From positions 16,182,001 to 16,246,000 of the forward strand of contig NC_043017.1 of the NCBI RefSeq assembly GCF_006345805.1: a stretch of DNA of 64,000 nt. The letters run 5' to 3'. A program made the position numbers and the translations under genes. Positions 1 through 16,876 of the stretch are shown in pieces. The notes beneath the pieces are model-generated. The model ran no database searches, was not told where the DNA came from, and worked only from the letters and a program-made list of their open reading frames with translations. This stretch comes from Octopus sinensis (Eukaryota). Numbering within the stretch: position 1 is the first letter of the stretch; every line of letters begins with the position of its first letter.

Positions 1-112
1 TACTGAAAGATTCACTATAAAATTATTTTAGCATTTTCTATTTTTGACTTGTTTTTTCATATATATCAACTCGTGTGTTCCTTTCCACCCTTATACATAT
101 ATATATATATAT

Positions 113-2300
113 AACGGGAAGCTTTATGAAAATAAACAAAAGACGAAGGCAGGTGGAAAACAAACGAACAATTGTATTAGTATGGCGCTCAGGAAATATA
201 AATAAAACAAGTCTTTAACGTTTCGAGCCTACACTCTTCAACAGAAAGATACACAGAGAGAGAAAAACACAGAAAGAAGGAGAGAAAAAAAATGCGTGCA
301 GTAGCTAACGAATCAAACATGGCGATCTGATTTCGGCCAGAGGTCAAAGATCAAACATGAGACGCGAGAGCGAAATAAGGGATAGAGAAAATAGGTTGAT
401 AAAAGGGTTGAGGGACCAGCTAAAAGTGCGTGGGAGGGGTCTGGATGTGTGTATGTATAGGGTTGGTGTATGTATTAGTATGTATAAGGGTGTGGTGTGT
501 GTGTGTGTGTGTGTGTATGAGAGAGTATTAGTGCGTAAGATTGGTCTGGACGTGCGTATGTATGGGGTTGGTGTATGTATTAGTATGTATTAGTATGTAT
601 TAGTACGTATTGGTATGTATAGGTGTGTGTGTGTGTGTGTGAGTGAGAGAGTATAAGTGCGTATGCGGGGTCTGGACGTGTGTATGTATAGGGTTGGTGT
701 AAGTATTAGTATGTACTAGTATGTATTAGTACGTATTAGTATGTATTAGTTGGTGTGTGTATTAGTATGGCACATCATATGTGATGTGATGTGTAAAGTC
801 ATGTGGTGTAGTGAGGAGAAGGGGGGAGGGGAGAAGAGGGGGGGAGGAGGGGAGGGGAAGAAGAGGGGGAGGAGAAGGGGGAAGAGGAGACGATGGGGGA
901 GAAGGAAGGTGAGGAGGGGGATGAAGGAGGAAAGAGGGGAGGGGGAGAGAGGAGAGAGGGGAGAGAGAGAAGGGAGGAGGAGTGAGGGGGACAGAGGGAA
1001 AGGGGAAGAGGGAGGGAGAAAGAGGGAAGAAGGGAAGGGGAGTAGGGGTGAAAGGATGAAGGACTGAAGAAGTAGGGGTCGGGGGGAGAAAGAGGAGAAA
1101 GGATAGGTGAGGAGGGGGGAGAGGGGGGGTTAGATGAGGAGGGGGGGGAGAGTTGAGACCAAATGGCGTATAAGAGCGAAGAGAGAAGATTAATTCCTGT
1201 TCACGGCGCGCAAACGGGAATCCGGATGGCCTCTGTGTAAGGACAAACCGAACACAGATAGGTGTTGCAAGGAGTGACCGGTGGAGCGGAAATGGCGTGA
1301 GACCGCGTGTGTCGTTCGCAAGGTGGATGTCACGAAGGTGTTCCGCGAACCGGTCAGCCAAGCGGCGTCCCGTTTGTCCGATGTACAAGGAATTGCAGAG
1401 AGAGCAAGAGATGCAATAGATAATATTGCTGGAGGTGCAGGTGAAGGAGTGGATGATGGGATAGGGTCGATGGTGGGTGCTAGTGAGGCGGGTGGTGTGT
1501 TGGAGAGGTAAGGGCAAGTGCGGCAACGTGGGCGGGAGCAGGGGAACGAGCCGGTTGGAGGTAGGGTCAGGGAAGGAGCTATGGACCAAAAGGTCTCGAA
1601 GGTTGTGGGCTCGTTTGAAAGAGGGGAGGGGTCGGTTAGGGAAGAGGTGTGAAGTGGACGGGTCGGACTGGAGATGACGGAAAGCTCGAAGAATGGTGCG
1701 TTGGAGACGTAGGGTCGTGGGGAAAAGGGAGGCGGGAGACTACAGGGCGGGTTCGGGGAGAGAGAGCAGATACACGGTCCACGGACCGTGCTCTGGCAAG
1801 GGCGGTGTGGATAGTGGTGAGGGGGTATCCACGTAGGGTGAAGTGGTGAGCCATACGTTGAGACTGTGTCTCAAAGTCATGGTCGTCACTACAGAGCCTA
1901 CGTAGACGGAGGAATTGGGAATAGGGGATGGAAAGCTTGGTGTGTTCTGGGTGGGAGGAAGAGAGTTGAGGTATGAGTGTGAGTCTGTGTGTTTGTAGTG
2001 AATGGAGGTGGTAAGAGTGGAGTGAAGAATGCTAACCGAATGTCGAGGAGGAAGGAGACAGAGGTGTTGGAGATAGTGGAAGTGAAGTGGAGGGCTGGAT
2101 GGAAAAGATTGGACGAAAGAGAGAGGAAGGAATCTAGATGTTCGCGGGAGAGTGAGGTGGCACCGATAAGTCGTCAATATAACGACCATATAGTTCAGGA
2201 GTGGGACCAGTGAAATAGAGAATATTTGGGCCTCAACATAGCAACGAAACAGGTTGCATAGTTGGGGCCCATTCGCGTTCCCATGGCCACTCCCGAGATC

Positions 2301-2303
<3 letters not shown>
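113..2303 (-). mobile_element. Penelope-like retroelement, 5'-truncated copy 1 (RT C-terminal half + GIY-YIG endonuclease + 3' tail)
   Basis: Minus ORFs give NIIYCISCSLCNSLYIGQTGRRLADRFAEHL (GIY-YIG) and REQELIFSLRSYTPFGLN, and are frameshifted. The element is the reverse complement of 60366-62497 and is flanked by (TA)n on both sides. Confidence 0.93.
212..249 (-). ncRNA. Minimal hammerhead-ribozyme-like motif in PLE tail
   Basis: Reverse complement reads UCUUU-CUGUUGA-A-GAGU-GUAG-GCUC-GAA-ACGU-U-AAAGA: 5-bp stem I, 4-bp stem II, palindromic ACGU stem III. Confidence 0.65.
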
Positions 2304-2332
<29 letters not shown>

Positions 2333-3049
2333 CGTAATTCAAAATATAAACAATAATAAACCATGAAATATTATTTTTCAAAACGAAACAAAACACTAAA
2401 ACGGAAAATGAAGTTTATTATATTTGAAAAGCTTTCTCTTTGTTTTTAATCGCAAAGTCTTATGAGATCCAGAAAATTAATCTTACGGAACACATCCGCT
2501 TCTATGCTTGGAAGAGATAAAACATCCCAAATAATATTTTAGCAAGTTTAAGATATTTTGTTTTGTGCCGTCAACCATTTACCATTTTTGTTGTGCCGCA
2601 CTTTTTTTTTTTTTTGTTTAATGGTTGACCCATCACTGAGTCTAACTGAGTGTCACTCATGTTTGGAGGGCGAGTGGTGGCTTCCACTTGATATGAGTAG
2701 TCGTGGAGTTCTTTTGTTGTTAAAATACGCAAGACAAAATGGTGATGTTCAAACAGAAATAGAAAATAGGAAAATGTTGCATAGACCTTGAGCGTGTGCT
2801 GGTTGGATGGGTTCGCATCGAAGATCTAAGCATACACCATTCATTTGACTGATGCTCCTAAAACAAGCTCGAAATCATAATGAAGAACTGGACATTAACA
2901 GAGAAATTTTCGAAGCGATATGGTTACTAGAGACTTGAAAAAAGTTTGTTTGTACAAGAGCTGGGAATCGGAACCCCGTCCCACCATATATCAGATACTG
3001 GTAGATTTTGGGGGTTATCAGGAAAGAATTTCGAGGCCCTTCTCTCGAC

Positions 3050-3360
3050 CGATTTACAACACACTGGTCCCGTTCTGAAAGCTGCAACACAGAACACAAA
3101 ACGAACAGCTTTGTCACGTAGCAAGAACCATTGCTTGCGCAGGTAAAAAAAAAAAGAAGGCAAAAGCTTGCCTGGTTTGGTCACGTGCCCTGCCACAACT
3201 CTCTGCCCAAAACCATTCTTCAGTGTGTAATTGAGGGAAGGCGAAAGAAAAACAAACAGAGAAAATCCAGATTTGACAACATCGAGGATTGGACAGGAAG
3301 CAACACGGAATCTGCTGCGCATGACAGAGAACAGAGAACAGTTGTGACAACTGTTTATGG
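3050..3360 (+). mobile_element. RTE-clade LINE 3' fragment
   Basis: Translation KLAWFGHVPCHNSLPKTILQCVIEGRRKKNKQRKSRFDNIEDWTG matches the RTE ORF C-terminal WFGHV..L.KTILQG..EG.R..GRQRK.W.DNI pattern. Confidence 0.75.
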
Positions 3361-3384
3361 AAGCGTCAAGGCTGCAGAGGCGGA

Positions 3385-3545
3385 CACAAGGTTGGCAGTG
3401 GTTGGGAAAAGTAAGGATCCAAATTGTTTTAAAGGTAAACACCATTTATCTGTGCATTATTATGAAGACATGAAATCATGGATGACCAAAGAATTGTTTA
3501 CTGATTGCTTCATTAACAAGCTACATGCGTTCATTCAGAAAAACA
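3385..3545 (+). mobile_element. Tigger/pogo transposase (DDE_1) fragment
   Basis: LAVVGKSKDPNCFKGKHHLSVHYYEDMKSWMTKELFTDCF matches the GKS.KPRCFK..LPV.Y..N.KAWMT..LF..WF motif. Confidence 0.75.
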
Positions 3546-3672
3546 ACTCCGAATTCCGAAACATATTTGGTCCTGGAGGTTTCGGATGAAAGGTTGCACG
3601 TCTGTATACGTCTGGTAAGAAGAAACCGGAATTTTGCAATATTATTTTATGCACTTAATTTTACATTCTTTT

Positions 3673-3812
3673 ATTTGTTTCAGTCATCTGACTGCGGCCA
3701 TGATGCAGCACCATATTTTTAGTCGAACAAGTCGTCCCCCAGTTTAGTAGTTATTCTATCGGTCGCCAACATCGGTTGTCAAGTGATGGTGGAGGGACAA
3801 ACACTGAAACAA

Positions 3813-3868
<56 letters not shown>

Positions 3869-4028
3869 GACGGGCTTCTTTCAGTTTCCGTCTACCAAAT
3901 CCATTCACAAGGCTTTGGTCAGCCTGAGGCTATAGTAGAAGACACTTGCCCAAGGTGCCGTGTAGTGGGACTGAACCCGGAACCATGTGGTAGGTAAACA
4001 AGCTACTTACCACACAGCCTCTCCTGCG
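3673..4028 (-). mobile_element. tRNA-derived SINE family A (internal microsatellite)
   Basis: Shared head GGCTGTGTGGTAAG..GGTTCAGTCCCAC..CCTTGGGCAAGTGTCTTC and tail ..GCCGCAGTCA.ATGACTGAAAC. At least 8 copies occur in the window. Confidence 0.85.
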
Positions 4029-4039
4029 CTTTACATTTT

Positions 4040-4817
4040 TATCACCTTCAAAGCAATGCATCGGTCCGGGCGCGTTTTCCACTGTTCAAACTCTTGCTAA
4101 GTGATGCCTTTTAACGCTTCTGTCGTTTTTTCTTCACCTCTTTTACACCGGCAAATTCCGTAACACCTGCTTACGTCACCAGCGATGACCTTCGGAAAAC
4201 TGTTTTTTCAGTTCACGACACGCATTCAGCCGTGACTGCTTTTGATCTTCGGTGAGCAAACGAGGCACAAGTTTTGCAGTGACTCTTTTCATTCACAATT
4301 CCTCGCTCAAAATTCGTTGGTAGGGGCTCCAGGACAGACCAATCATATCAACATGTTCTTTAATTGTTCGGTGATGGTCCTCCAAGATCAATTCATGAAT
4401 TTTCATGATGTTTTTACTCTTTCGGGAGGTCGACGGTCGCCCTGAACGAGGATGGTCTCCAAGCGAAAAGGGACCATTCCTAAATCATGGAAACCACTCG
4501 TAAATTCGTGTTTTGCTCATGGCAGCGTCCTTGTAAGCTGTCTGAAGCATGGCAACTGTTTAGGCTGCCGTTTTCCCAGCAGAAAACAAAATTTCATGGG
4601 AGCAAGCTGTTCCTTCGTTTCAGCAATCGCAAAAATCGACGAACAGGAGAGATACATTGCAAAACAAAGACGCACCACGCCGCAGTACGACACTAGTCGA
4701 CGACGCCGCGCGGCAGACTGAGGGTCGCATCAAGTGATTCCTAGAGGCGAAAGCCTGAACTATAACGGGCTTCTCCGATAGAGGACGTTTCTGGTGACTT
4801 TTGGATACCTCCTCGTA
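4040..4817 (-). mobile_element. Mariner transposon relic, internally deleted
   Basis: TIR TACGAGGAGGTATCCAAAAGT ends at 4817. Minus translation gives MKFCF..GK, RSGRPSTS and TAKLVPRLLTEDQK (WVPREL-type), then jumps to the C-terminal EQWKTRPDRCI. The catalytic core is missing. Confidence 0.85.
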
Positions 4818-4881
4818 TATACATATATGTATGTATGTATGTATGTGTGTGTGTATCTGTGTATGTATGTATGTATGCATG

Positions 4882-4914
<33 letters not shown>

Positions 4915-5431
4915 GTGTATGCATGCATGTATTCAAGCATGTATGTATGAAAGTATGTATGTTTGTTTGTATGAGTGTATGCATGCATGTATGTTTGTAT
5001 AAAAGTATGAATGTATGAATATGTCTATATGCATGTATATATATGCATTTATGCACAAATGTATGCATGTTGGCATGCATACATGTATGTTTGTATATAT
5101 GTATGCATGTATGTAAATATGTATGTATGGGTGTGGGGGTTAGGGTTTATATATATATCCATCTATCAATATGTATATATATATATATATATTATATATA
5201 TATATACATGAGTGTGTGTGCGTGCGTGCGTGTATGATAAAACAAAACGCATAAACTTTATGTTTAATTGAAAGCGTTGAGACACGAGAAAAAAAACCTT
5301 TCCCAAAAATGGTTGGTGACACCAAGATAAAAGATTTCATAACATTTTTTAAAGTATGTTTTTATTTTAAAAATCTCCTTTACACTTCAAATCTGTGTTA
5401 AGTAATTTTCAGAGACTTTCAAATACATAAA

Positions 5432-5584
5432 TGGGGCTGTGTTAAGAAGCCTGCTTCCCGGTCACATGGTTCCGGGTTCAGTCCCACTTCCTTGCACCTT
5501 GGACAAGTGTCTTCTACTACAGCTCTGGACCGACCAAGGCTTTCTGAGAGGATTTGGTAGACGGAAACTGGAAGAAGCCCGTCG

Positions 5585-5628
<44 letters not shown>

Positions 5629-5860
5629 GTGTGTGTGTGTGTGTGTGTGTGCCTTTGTGTCTGTGTTTGTCCCCCCACCATCACCTGATAACCGATGTTG
5701 GTGTGTTTATGTTCCCGAAATTTAACGGTTCGGCAAAAAAAACTGATAGAATAAGTACTAGCCTTACAAAGAATATGTCCTGGGGTCCATTTCTTCGACT
5801 AAAGGCGGTGCTCCAGTATGGCCGCAGTCAAATGACTGAAACGTGTAAAAGAGTAAAAGA
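5432..5860 (+). mobile_element. SINE family A, near full length
   Basis: Head, (TA)n(TG)n core and tail are all present. Confidence 0.85.
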
Positions 5861-5963
5861 GATACACACGCAGAAATTGATTGGCAGATGGATGGATGGA
5901 GAGAGAGAGAGAGAGAAAGAGAGGAAGAAGAATGAGAGAAAGGCAGACGTTCAAACTAAAGAG

Positions 5964-8948
<2,985 letters not shown>

Positions 8949-9854
8949 TCAAGGAAGAAGAATATACGAAGGGATCCTGTATTTATATCGATTTCTATTG
9001 ACAAGTCAACCCCAAACATCTGTGTTTGTGGGCCAGTGAGGGGGAATCTTGTAGCACAGTGTACTTTAAACGGCTTATATACACTCCCACTTTATTAATG
9101 TATTAAGTTTAAATAAAGATGTTTTCTTTTAACATTTCCTTCCTGTCGTCTGCTTCAGTGAATTCTTTCAAAACTGAACTGAAGACAGCCGCCATTAATT
9201 TGGAGAAAACATCTTGCTGAAAGCAATGTTCGTTTTTTGTCCTTTCGAAATCTCATTGAATGTTTAACAATGGTAACCTAGGACACAGTATTTTGGTGAC
9301 CCAAACTCCATTTACTTGGTGTAAATAAATAGTCTTGACATCTTGTTGGTTAATAGTGGTTTTATATCGTTCAAATATACATGCATAATCATAGATATAT
9401 ACACATATAAACAGTTACACATACGTACATACACATATAAGTATATACATACATTATACACACATATATAAATATTTACACATACGTATACATACTTAAA
9501 CATATATATACATACATACTCATGTAAGTATGTGCATACATTATACATACATATATAAATAACTACACACACGTATACATACGTACATACATCATATATA
9601 ATTGCATACATTATACATAAATATACACATACACATATATATATGCATACTTACAACACACACACACCACACACGTATATATATATATATATATTATATA
9701 TATTATATTATATATATATATATACACATAAATATACATACATACATGCATATATACAGAAACTCCATTTACTTGGTGTAATTTAGTAGACTTCACTGAC
9801 ATTGTTGATTAAAAGTTCTGTATCGTTCGAATATACATACGTACGTGCAATATG

Positions 9855-10066
9855 TGGCCCCTCTGTCCGGCATTCGCCATGATAGATCGCTAGCCATTAC
9901 ATATTCTTTATTTTCTCTCCTTGTTTCTTTCTTTGTTCCTTTCTGTGGAAGAGCGTAGGCTTGAAACGTTAAAGACTTTTTCACTTCTCGAGCGTCAAAC
10001 TAATACATCTGTTTGTTGTACTACACCACCTGTCTTCGTCTTTTGTTTTTTTTAATTCTCCCCCTA
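9855..10066 (+). mobile_element. Solo PLE 3' tail with hammerhead-like motif (9938-9975)
   Basis: CTTTCTGTGGAAGAGCGTAGGCTTGAAACGTTAAAG plus downstream CCACCTGTCTTCGTCTTTTG, homologous to 62290-62497. Followed by (TA)n. Confidence 0.8.
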
Positions 10067-10115
10067 TATTATATATAATATATATATATAAATATATAAT
10101 ATATATATATATGAT

Positions 10116-10221
<106 letters not shown>

Positions 10222-11151
10222 TAGTTAATGTTTACTTCTTGACTCGAAAACCAATATCCCAAAAATATACTGGAATGGGTGTAAAACAATGTTTAGGAAA
10301 CGAATATGAAGAAAAAAACGCGCGCGGGAGGGTGCGGAGAGGACTTCGGAAAATTCACAAGGTCCGAGCATTTCCCTCGTAACTTTTAGGAAAATGGGGT
10401 TCTTTTTCAAAGAAGTTTTATAGAAATACCTTTTCAAACGGCAAACATTCAACTTTCTACAGATTCCCTAGCGTAGAAGGACTACACTACGTAGTGTTTT
10501 TTTTTCTACTCACTTTTAATATTTCTTAATGTTTTAGCTTCATTTTCGTTTCATTTTATCTTCAATTATTTTTACGCTTTTTTAATCCTTCTGTCGTTAT
10601 TCTGCATTCACCCGTTATTACTTTATCTCTCTATCTATCTATATGTATAAATAGAGAGAGACAGACACACTCACATATACAGGCACCTTTCCGAAGACAT
10701 CTTTTTTAAAAAATGCACTTTTGAAGGTGAGGTGCGAAATTGCATCAGCCCCCTTTCTTTACACACAATTTTAAGATGACATTTTGCAGAAATACGATTT
10801 CTAGAGTGTGGTTTACATTAGACTGAAAAATCAAAGTTTTAAAAGAATAATAAACGAAGCTGAAATTATAAGATATTGTTGGTAACGATGTCTGGACAAA
10901 AAACTATGATAGTGTTTGTGTGAAACAAGTCAAAGAGTATCAAAACAATATCTTTTACATACCTGCTAAAATTACTGGATATATAGATCCCGGGTTGTAA
11001 AAGACCTAAGCTACAAAACAGTTTTGAAATGGCATCAAGTGTTACCTTTAGTAATTTTGGCGCCGACATTTTAGACGGGGACCAAAAGCACAACTCGGTT
11101 TCGTGTGCAGAGGGAGAGGGAGAGAGAGTGAAGCTGTGTTTTGTCGTTTGA

Positions 11152-11390
11152 AGGCGGCGAGCTGGGAGAAACGTTAGCACGCCGGGCGAAATGCGTAGCC
11201 ATATTTCCGTCTACCGTTACGTTCTGAGTTCAAATTCCGTCGAGGTCGACTTTGCCTTTCATCCTTTCAGGGTCGATTAAATAAGTACCAGTTACGCACT
11301 GGGGTCGATGTAATCGACTTAATCCGTTTGTCTGTCCTTGTTTGTCCTCTCTGTGTTTAGCCCCTTGTGGGTAGTAAAGAAATAGGTACG
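11152..11390 (+). mobile_element. tRNA-derived SINE family B
   Basis: GGCGGCGAGCTGG..GAGTTCAAATTCC..GACTTTGCCTTTCATCCTTTC.GGGTCGAT.AAATAAGTACCAG, seen in more than 10 copies in the window. Confidence 0.85.
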
Positions 11391-11494
11391 TTTCGTCATT
11401 TGTTTTGTTTCTTTTGTTTGTTTTTTTTTGGGGGGGGCGTACAATATAAAATTTGAAATACAGATTTTTTTGCAGATTTAGAATCGCCGCCCTC

Positions 11495-11830
11495 ATTATA
11501 GTGTATTCTTTGTAAGCCCAGTACTTATTCTATTGGTCTCTTTTGCCAAACCGCTAAGTTACGGGGACATAAACACACCAACATTGATTGTCAAGCGATG
11601 ATGGGGGAAGAAACACAGACACACAAACATATACATATACATGCACACACACACACACGCACACACATATATATATATATATATACGACGGGCTTCTTTC
11701 AGTTTCCGTCTACCAAATCCACTCACAAGGCTTTGGTCAGCCCGAGGCTATAGCAGAAGACACCTGCCCAAGGTGAACCCAGAGCCATGTGGTTGGTAAG
11801 CAAGCTATTTACCACACAGCCACTCATGTG
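11495..11830 (-). mobile_element. SINE family A
   Basis: Same head, core and tail in reverse orientation. Confidence 0.8.
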
Positions 11831-11840
11831 CCTGTATAAG

Positions 11841-12060
11841 TACTAGGGGTTTTGAAAAGTTCCTTGTTTTAAGGGTTTCGCAAACAGCTTGGCTGAAGGC
11901 CCAACCTTCCAAGTTCTTTTATAGGGCTTAGAAAAACTGAAGGACCCCTGCAATAAGTGTGTGAATCTGAGAGGGGAATATCTTGAATATAATCACGATT
12001 AACTGATCCTCTTGTATTTTCTTTTACCCAAAGCCTGGATCTTTTCATCACTCCCTCAGG
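11841..12060 (-). mobile_element. Mariner-derived MITE (~220 bp)
   Basis: Reverse-oriented homologue of 20704-20922. Retains AATAAGTGTGTGAATCTGAGAGGGGAATATCTTGAA (NKCVNLRGEYLE). Confidence 0.75.
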
Positions 12061-12589
12061 CATGCAAAACGTCTTGAGTATTTTTCATATTTTCATGGTA
12101 TTTAGTTGCTGATTCAGTGCCATTCTTAAGTCAGGGAGACTCTGGGCTATTATTGGCGGACTTCCGTGGATTTAGGAAGTTATTGCTAATCTGAATACAC
12201 TGTGGCATGATGTCAATGCAAAATAAAGGACTTCAATGCATTGCCCCTTGTTCTATAATACTGTTCCGATGGTCCTACAATGGTGGGGCTTATCACAGTC
12301 ATTCTGAGTGTTCCTAACAATCTTAACCATGCCTGAGCTCCTGCTAATAATGAGGCACCTGTTCATAGGATGACGTGTTGGGGTAGAGTTGTGCAACTTG
12401 TCTGAGAGTGTACCCCTGGTCTATCGCTCAAGAAATACCATCCCTGAAGCTCCATTCACTCTCTCATTATGTGATCCACCTCATGTTAAGAGGATTTAAC
12501 CCTAGGATTCACTCTGATTGGTAAGGGTTGTTAAAGAGATATGCTACCACATTCAAACTCTGTTTTGATCAATATTAAATTGCCACCTA

Positions 12590-12790
12590 AGATGGCGAGC
12601 TGGACAAAATGCTTAGCGGTATTTCGTCAGTCTTTACGTTCTGAGTTCAAATTTCACCGACGTTGACTTTGCCTTTCATCCTTCTGGGGTCGATAAAATA
12701 AGTACAAGTTGAGCACTGGGGTCGAAGTAATCGACTCATCCCCCTCTCCTCCGAAATTGCTGGCCTTGTGCCTAAATTTGAAACCAGTAT
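12590..12790 (+). mobile_element. SINE family B
   Basis: Family B head and core motif. Confidence 0.8.
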
Positions 12791-13599
12791 TAAATTCTTG
12801 CCTCCGTCTTTTCGATCCACACTATTGCTGATGCATTTTTGGAATGGATCAAAAATGTTAAGGGTTTTAACACTAATAGCTCCAATCTTAAATGGCGACT
12901 CACCGAGTGACCCAAATGTTGGCATGGGGCACAGACAACCTAAAGATATTGAGAACTGGCACAATAAACTCATTCTTTTATTGAATGTGGTAAGTTCCAA
13001 GGAAGATATTCGACCTTTTATTCTGCCGTTATTACATTCCATGATTACACACACCTGGTCACCAATTCCATCGTGGGAAATACTTTCACCTTTTCCCCAA
13101 GAGATTACCCAGAGCATTCTTCGATAGAAATGGCAGAAATTGTCAGTTGATGTTCAAAGATGTTGACAGTAGTGGTGGTGATGGTGGTGGTGATGTTGAT
13201 GTTGTCATTAAGCTGGTGTTGATGATGACGATGATGATAATGATGATGGTGGTGGTGATGTGTTGATGATTGTTCTTTATGGGGCATCCACCACCGTCAA
13301 CATCTCTTACAGATATATTAATAGACAGGCACACACACACAGATAGACAGAGAGAAAGAGAGACGGATAGACAGACAGACAGTCACAGAGAGATAAATAG
13401 AGAGAGAGAGAGAGAGAGAGTTCGACAGAGAGGTAGGGAGATGGCTAAGATAGGTAAAGCGGTTTGAGTGAACGAGTGTGAGTCAGAGAAAGGGAAGAAA
13501 GAAAGGAGAGAAGGCGACGGGAGAGGGTGAAGGGGGGGCTGTGATTGATCGTCCCATTGTGATCTACGTATATACGGCTGACTGTGTGTGGGTGCAATA

Positions 13600-13673
13600 C
13601 ACATATGCACACACTCATATATGTTGTACCCACATACAAAACATACATACATATATGTATATATATGTATGTT

Positions 13674-13705
<32 letters not shown>

Positions 13706-13778
13706 ATATATGTATATACGTATATATGTATATATATATATCTTGTATGTATATATATATATATAGATAGTATGTATG

Positions 13779-13811
<33 letters not shown>

Positions 13812-13857
13812 ATATGTATGTATGTATGTAATAATATATATATATATATATATCTTA

Positions 13858-13899
<42 letters not shown>

Positions 13900-13996
13900 A
13901 TATGTATTATGTATATTATTATATATATTATATATATGATATATATATAATATATATGTATGTATATATAATTATATGTATGTATATATATATAAT

Positions 13997-14032
<36 letters not shown>

Positions 14033-14072
14033 CATATATATATATATATATATATAATATATATATAATTAC

Positions 14073-14105
<33 letters not shown>

Positions 14106-14110
14106 TTTCA
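13600..14110. repeat. Long interrupted (TA)n/(TATG)n microsatellite
   Basis: Read directly from the sequence. Confidence 0.95.
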
Positions 14111-14598
14111 TCATTCAGCTAAAGACAGCAATACAGAGGAACAGAGAGAGAGAGAGAAAAGAGGGGAGAGAGAGAAACTAGCCATCTTTGGAACATGGGA
14201 GGAAATCTCTAAGCCACTTTAGCGACACCAGATATATTTAATTTCGGCTTGAAAAGAAAGGGAATCTATGTTTTTAATAAAGAGGGCGCTGCTATGTATG
14301 CTGCTGCCGCCATTCGGAGAAAGAGAGGAAGGTGTGAGGGATGGCAGTGATCATGTAACTACTACGCCGGAGAAAGGCTTTCCCACTCTCTCTCTCGCTC
14401 TCTCTCTCACTTTGTCTTTCTCTTTCCCTCTCTCTCCCCCTCTCTGGAATCTGATTTCAGTCCTTACCTTGTAAAAAAAAGGTCATTTTTACTTCCTGTT
14501 CTGTTAACATGAATGAAGATCTCCCTCACACACACATGCACAGACTCATATATCTTACATACATACATACATACACACACGCGCACACACACACACAC

Positions 14599-14715
<117 letters not shown>

Positions 14716-14737
14716 ATATTATATATATATATATATT

Positions 14738-14775
<38 letters not shown>

Positions 14776-14824
14776 GTATGTATGATATATACATATAGAT
14801 AGATAGATAAATAGATAGATAATC

Positions 14825-15460
14825 TTTTACTTGTTTCAGTCATTGGGACTACGGCCATGTTGGGGCAACACTTTGAAGGGTTTTATTTGAACAAATGAAC
14901 CCTAGTACTTATTTTTTTAAGCTTGACACTTATTATATCTGTTTCTTTACTACCCACAAGGGGCTAAACATAGAGGGGACAAACAAGGACAGACAAAGCG
15001 ATTAAGTCGATTACATCGATCCCAGTGCGTAACTGGTACTTAATTTATCGACCCCGAAAGGATGAAAGGCAAAGTCGACCTCGGCGGAATTTGAACTCAG
15101 AACGTAACGGCAGACGAAATACCGCTAAGCATTTCGCCCGGCGTGCTAACAATTCTCCCAGCTCACCGCCCGACATTTATTCTATCGGTCTCTTTTGCCG
15201 AACGGCAAAACTACTGAGATGTAAACCGACCAGCACCGGTTGTCAAGCCGTGGTGGATTAGGAATATATCACAAATATAAAAACACAAAGGCGTGGATAT
15301 ACGAGTTCCTTTCACTTTCCATGTACAGGATCAACTCACATGGCTTTGGTCGGCCCAGGGCTATAAGTAGAAGACATTTGGCCAAGGTGCCATGCAGTGG
15401 GACTGAACCTGAATCCTTATGGTTGGAAGAGAAACTTCTTACCATATAGCCCCGACTGCA
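14825..15460 (-). mobile_element. Nested SINEs: family B (14940-15170) amid family A pieces
   Basis: Family A tail at 14825-14940, B copy in the middle, A core and head at 15175-15460. Confidence 0.7.
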
Positions 15461-16090
15461 CTTCTCGTGTTTTTCCCAATATATATAAACAACAGATGGA
15501 AAGTAGTTCATTCACTACAGCTGTTTCAAACGAGTTTTTTTTAAATGAATAATGTTATTGCATCATGCCAAAAAAAACCAGTTTTCTTCAGGTGAATATA
15601 CATGAACTAAACCTTTTAAGAATCAGCTTTATGTGCCACTTCATGATTCAGGGTTAGCTTCAGTCAAAGAATAATTTGCTGACCCCAGTTAGTAGTTTAT
15701 ACATGAAAATCATTAGGGTGACGGGAACGGGGAGGAAGATAGGGAAGAAGTAGTAGTGGGAGTAAGAAAACAGAGTAGGGGACGAGAATCAGATATTCTG
15801 CTCTAACTTGAAAAGGTCATTTTATCTTACTTTCCGTCAACCAAACCCATTCAGAAGGGTTTGGTCGGATCGCGGCTGTAGTAGAAGGCACTGGCCCTAG
15901 GTGCCATGCAATGGGACTGAACCTGGAACCATGCGGTTGGGAAGAAAGCATTTTGCCATACAGTCACACTCACGTGCGCGCAGAGAGAAAGAGAGAGTGG
16001 GGGAGAAAGATAGAGAGAACAAACAAGGTATGCTTGGTCTTCTTTTTTTTTAATACAGGTGTTTCACCTTGAAACATTATCTAAACTTAT

Positions 16091-16127
<37 letters not shown>

Positions 16128-16139
16128 ATATATTCTTTT

Positions 16140-16515
16140 ATGTGTTTACTTGTTTCAGTCATTTGACTTTGGCCATGCTGGAGCACCGCCTTTAATCAAG
16201 CAAATCCACCCCAGGACTTATACTTTGTAAGCCAAGTACTTATTCTATTGGTTACCTTTGCCAAACTGCTAAGTTTGAGGGACGTAAACACACCAGCACC
16301 AGCTGGGGATAAACACACAAACATACACACACATTTATTTATTTATATATATTCATTTATTTATTTAAATATATACGACGCGCTTCTTTCAGTTTCCATC
16401 AACCAAACCCACTCACAAGGCTTTGGTCAGCCTGAGACTATAGCAGAAAACACTTTCCAAAGGTGCCACACAGTGGGACTGAACCCGGAACCATGTGGTT
16501 GGTAAGCAAGCTACT
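16140..16515 (-). mobile_element. SINE family A
   Basis: Tail, core and head in reverse orientation. Confidence 0.8.
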
Positions 16516-16811
16516 TTTTTCTGGATTAAGAAGGCACCAAATGGTATCATGGAGAAAAGACCCCTACAATTTTCAAGCGATCCACTTCGGAATGTTGGAA
16601 ACTGTCCCCTTTTCGAATGAGAATACATGTGGTTACGCGAGACTATGAAGACTTCAAAATAGTACATAGACAAGGGGAGGTAAGACTTTCTTAATTATTA
16701 TCTTCCTTGCATTGACCCTAGATTTTGGTTTAGTATTGGTTGTCTTATCAACCAAATGCGGTGTTGAACACTCATTCTCACTCTTCGGTACTGTCGTGTG
16801 TGTGTGTGTGT

Positions 16812-16876
<65 letters not shown>

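Noticed and set aside
9303-9840. 22-bp direct repeat as a target-site duplication
   Set aside because: Similarity continues for ~80 bp, so it is a diverged local tandem duplication rather than a TSD.
13383-14114. 243-aa YI-repeat ORF and the many similar YI/CV/TH/SL/ER ORFs across the window
   Set aside because: Translations of (TA)n, (TG)n, (CA)n and (CT)n microsatellites, which contain few or no stop codons.
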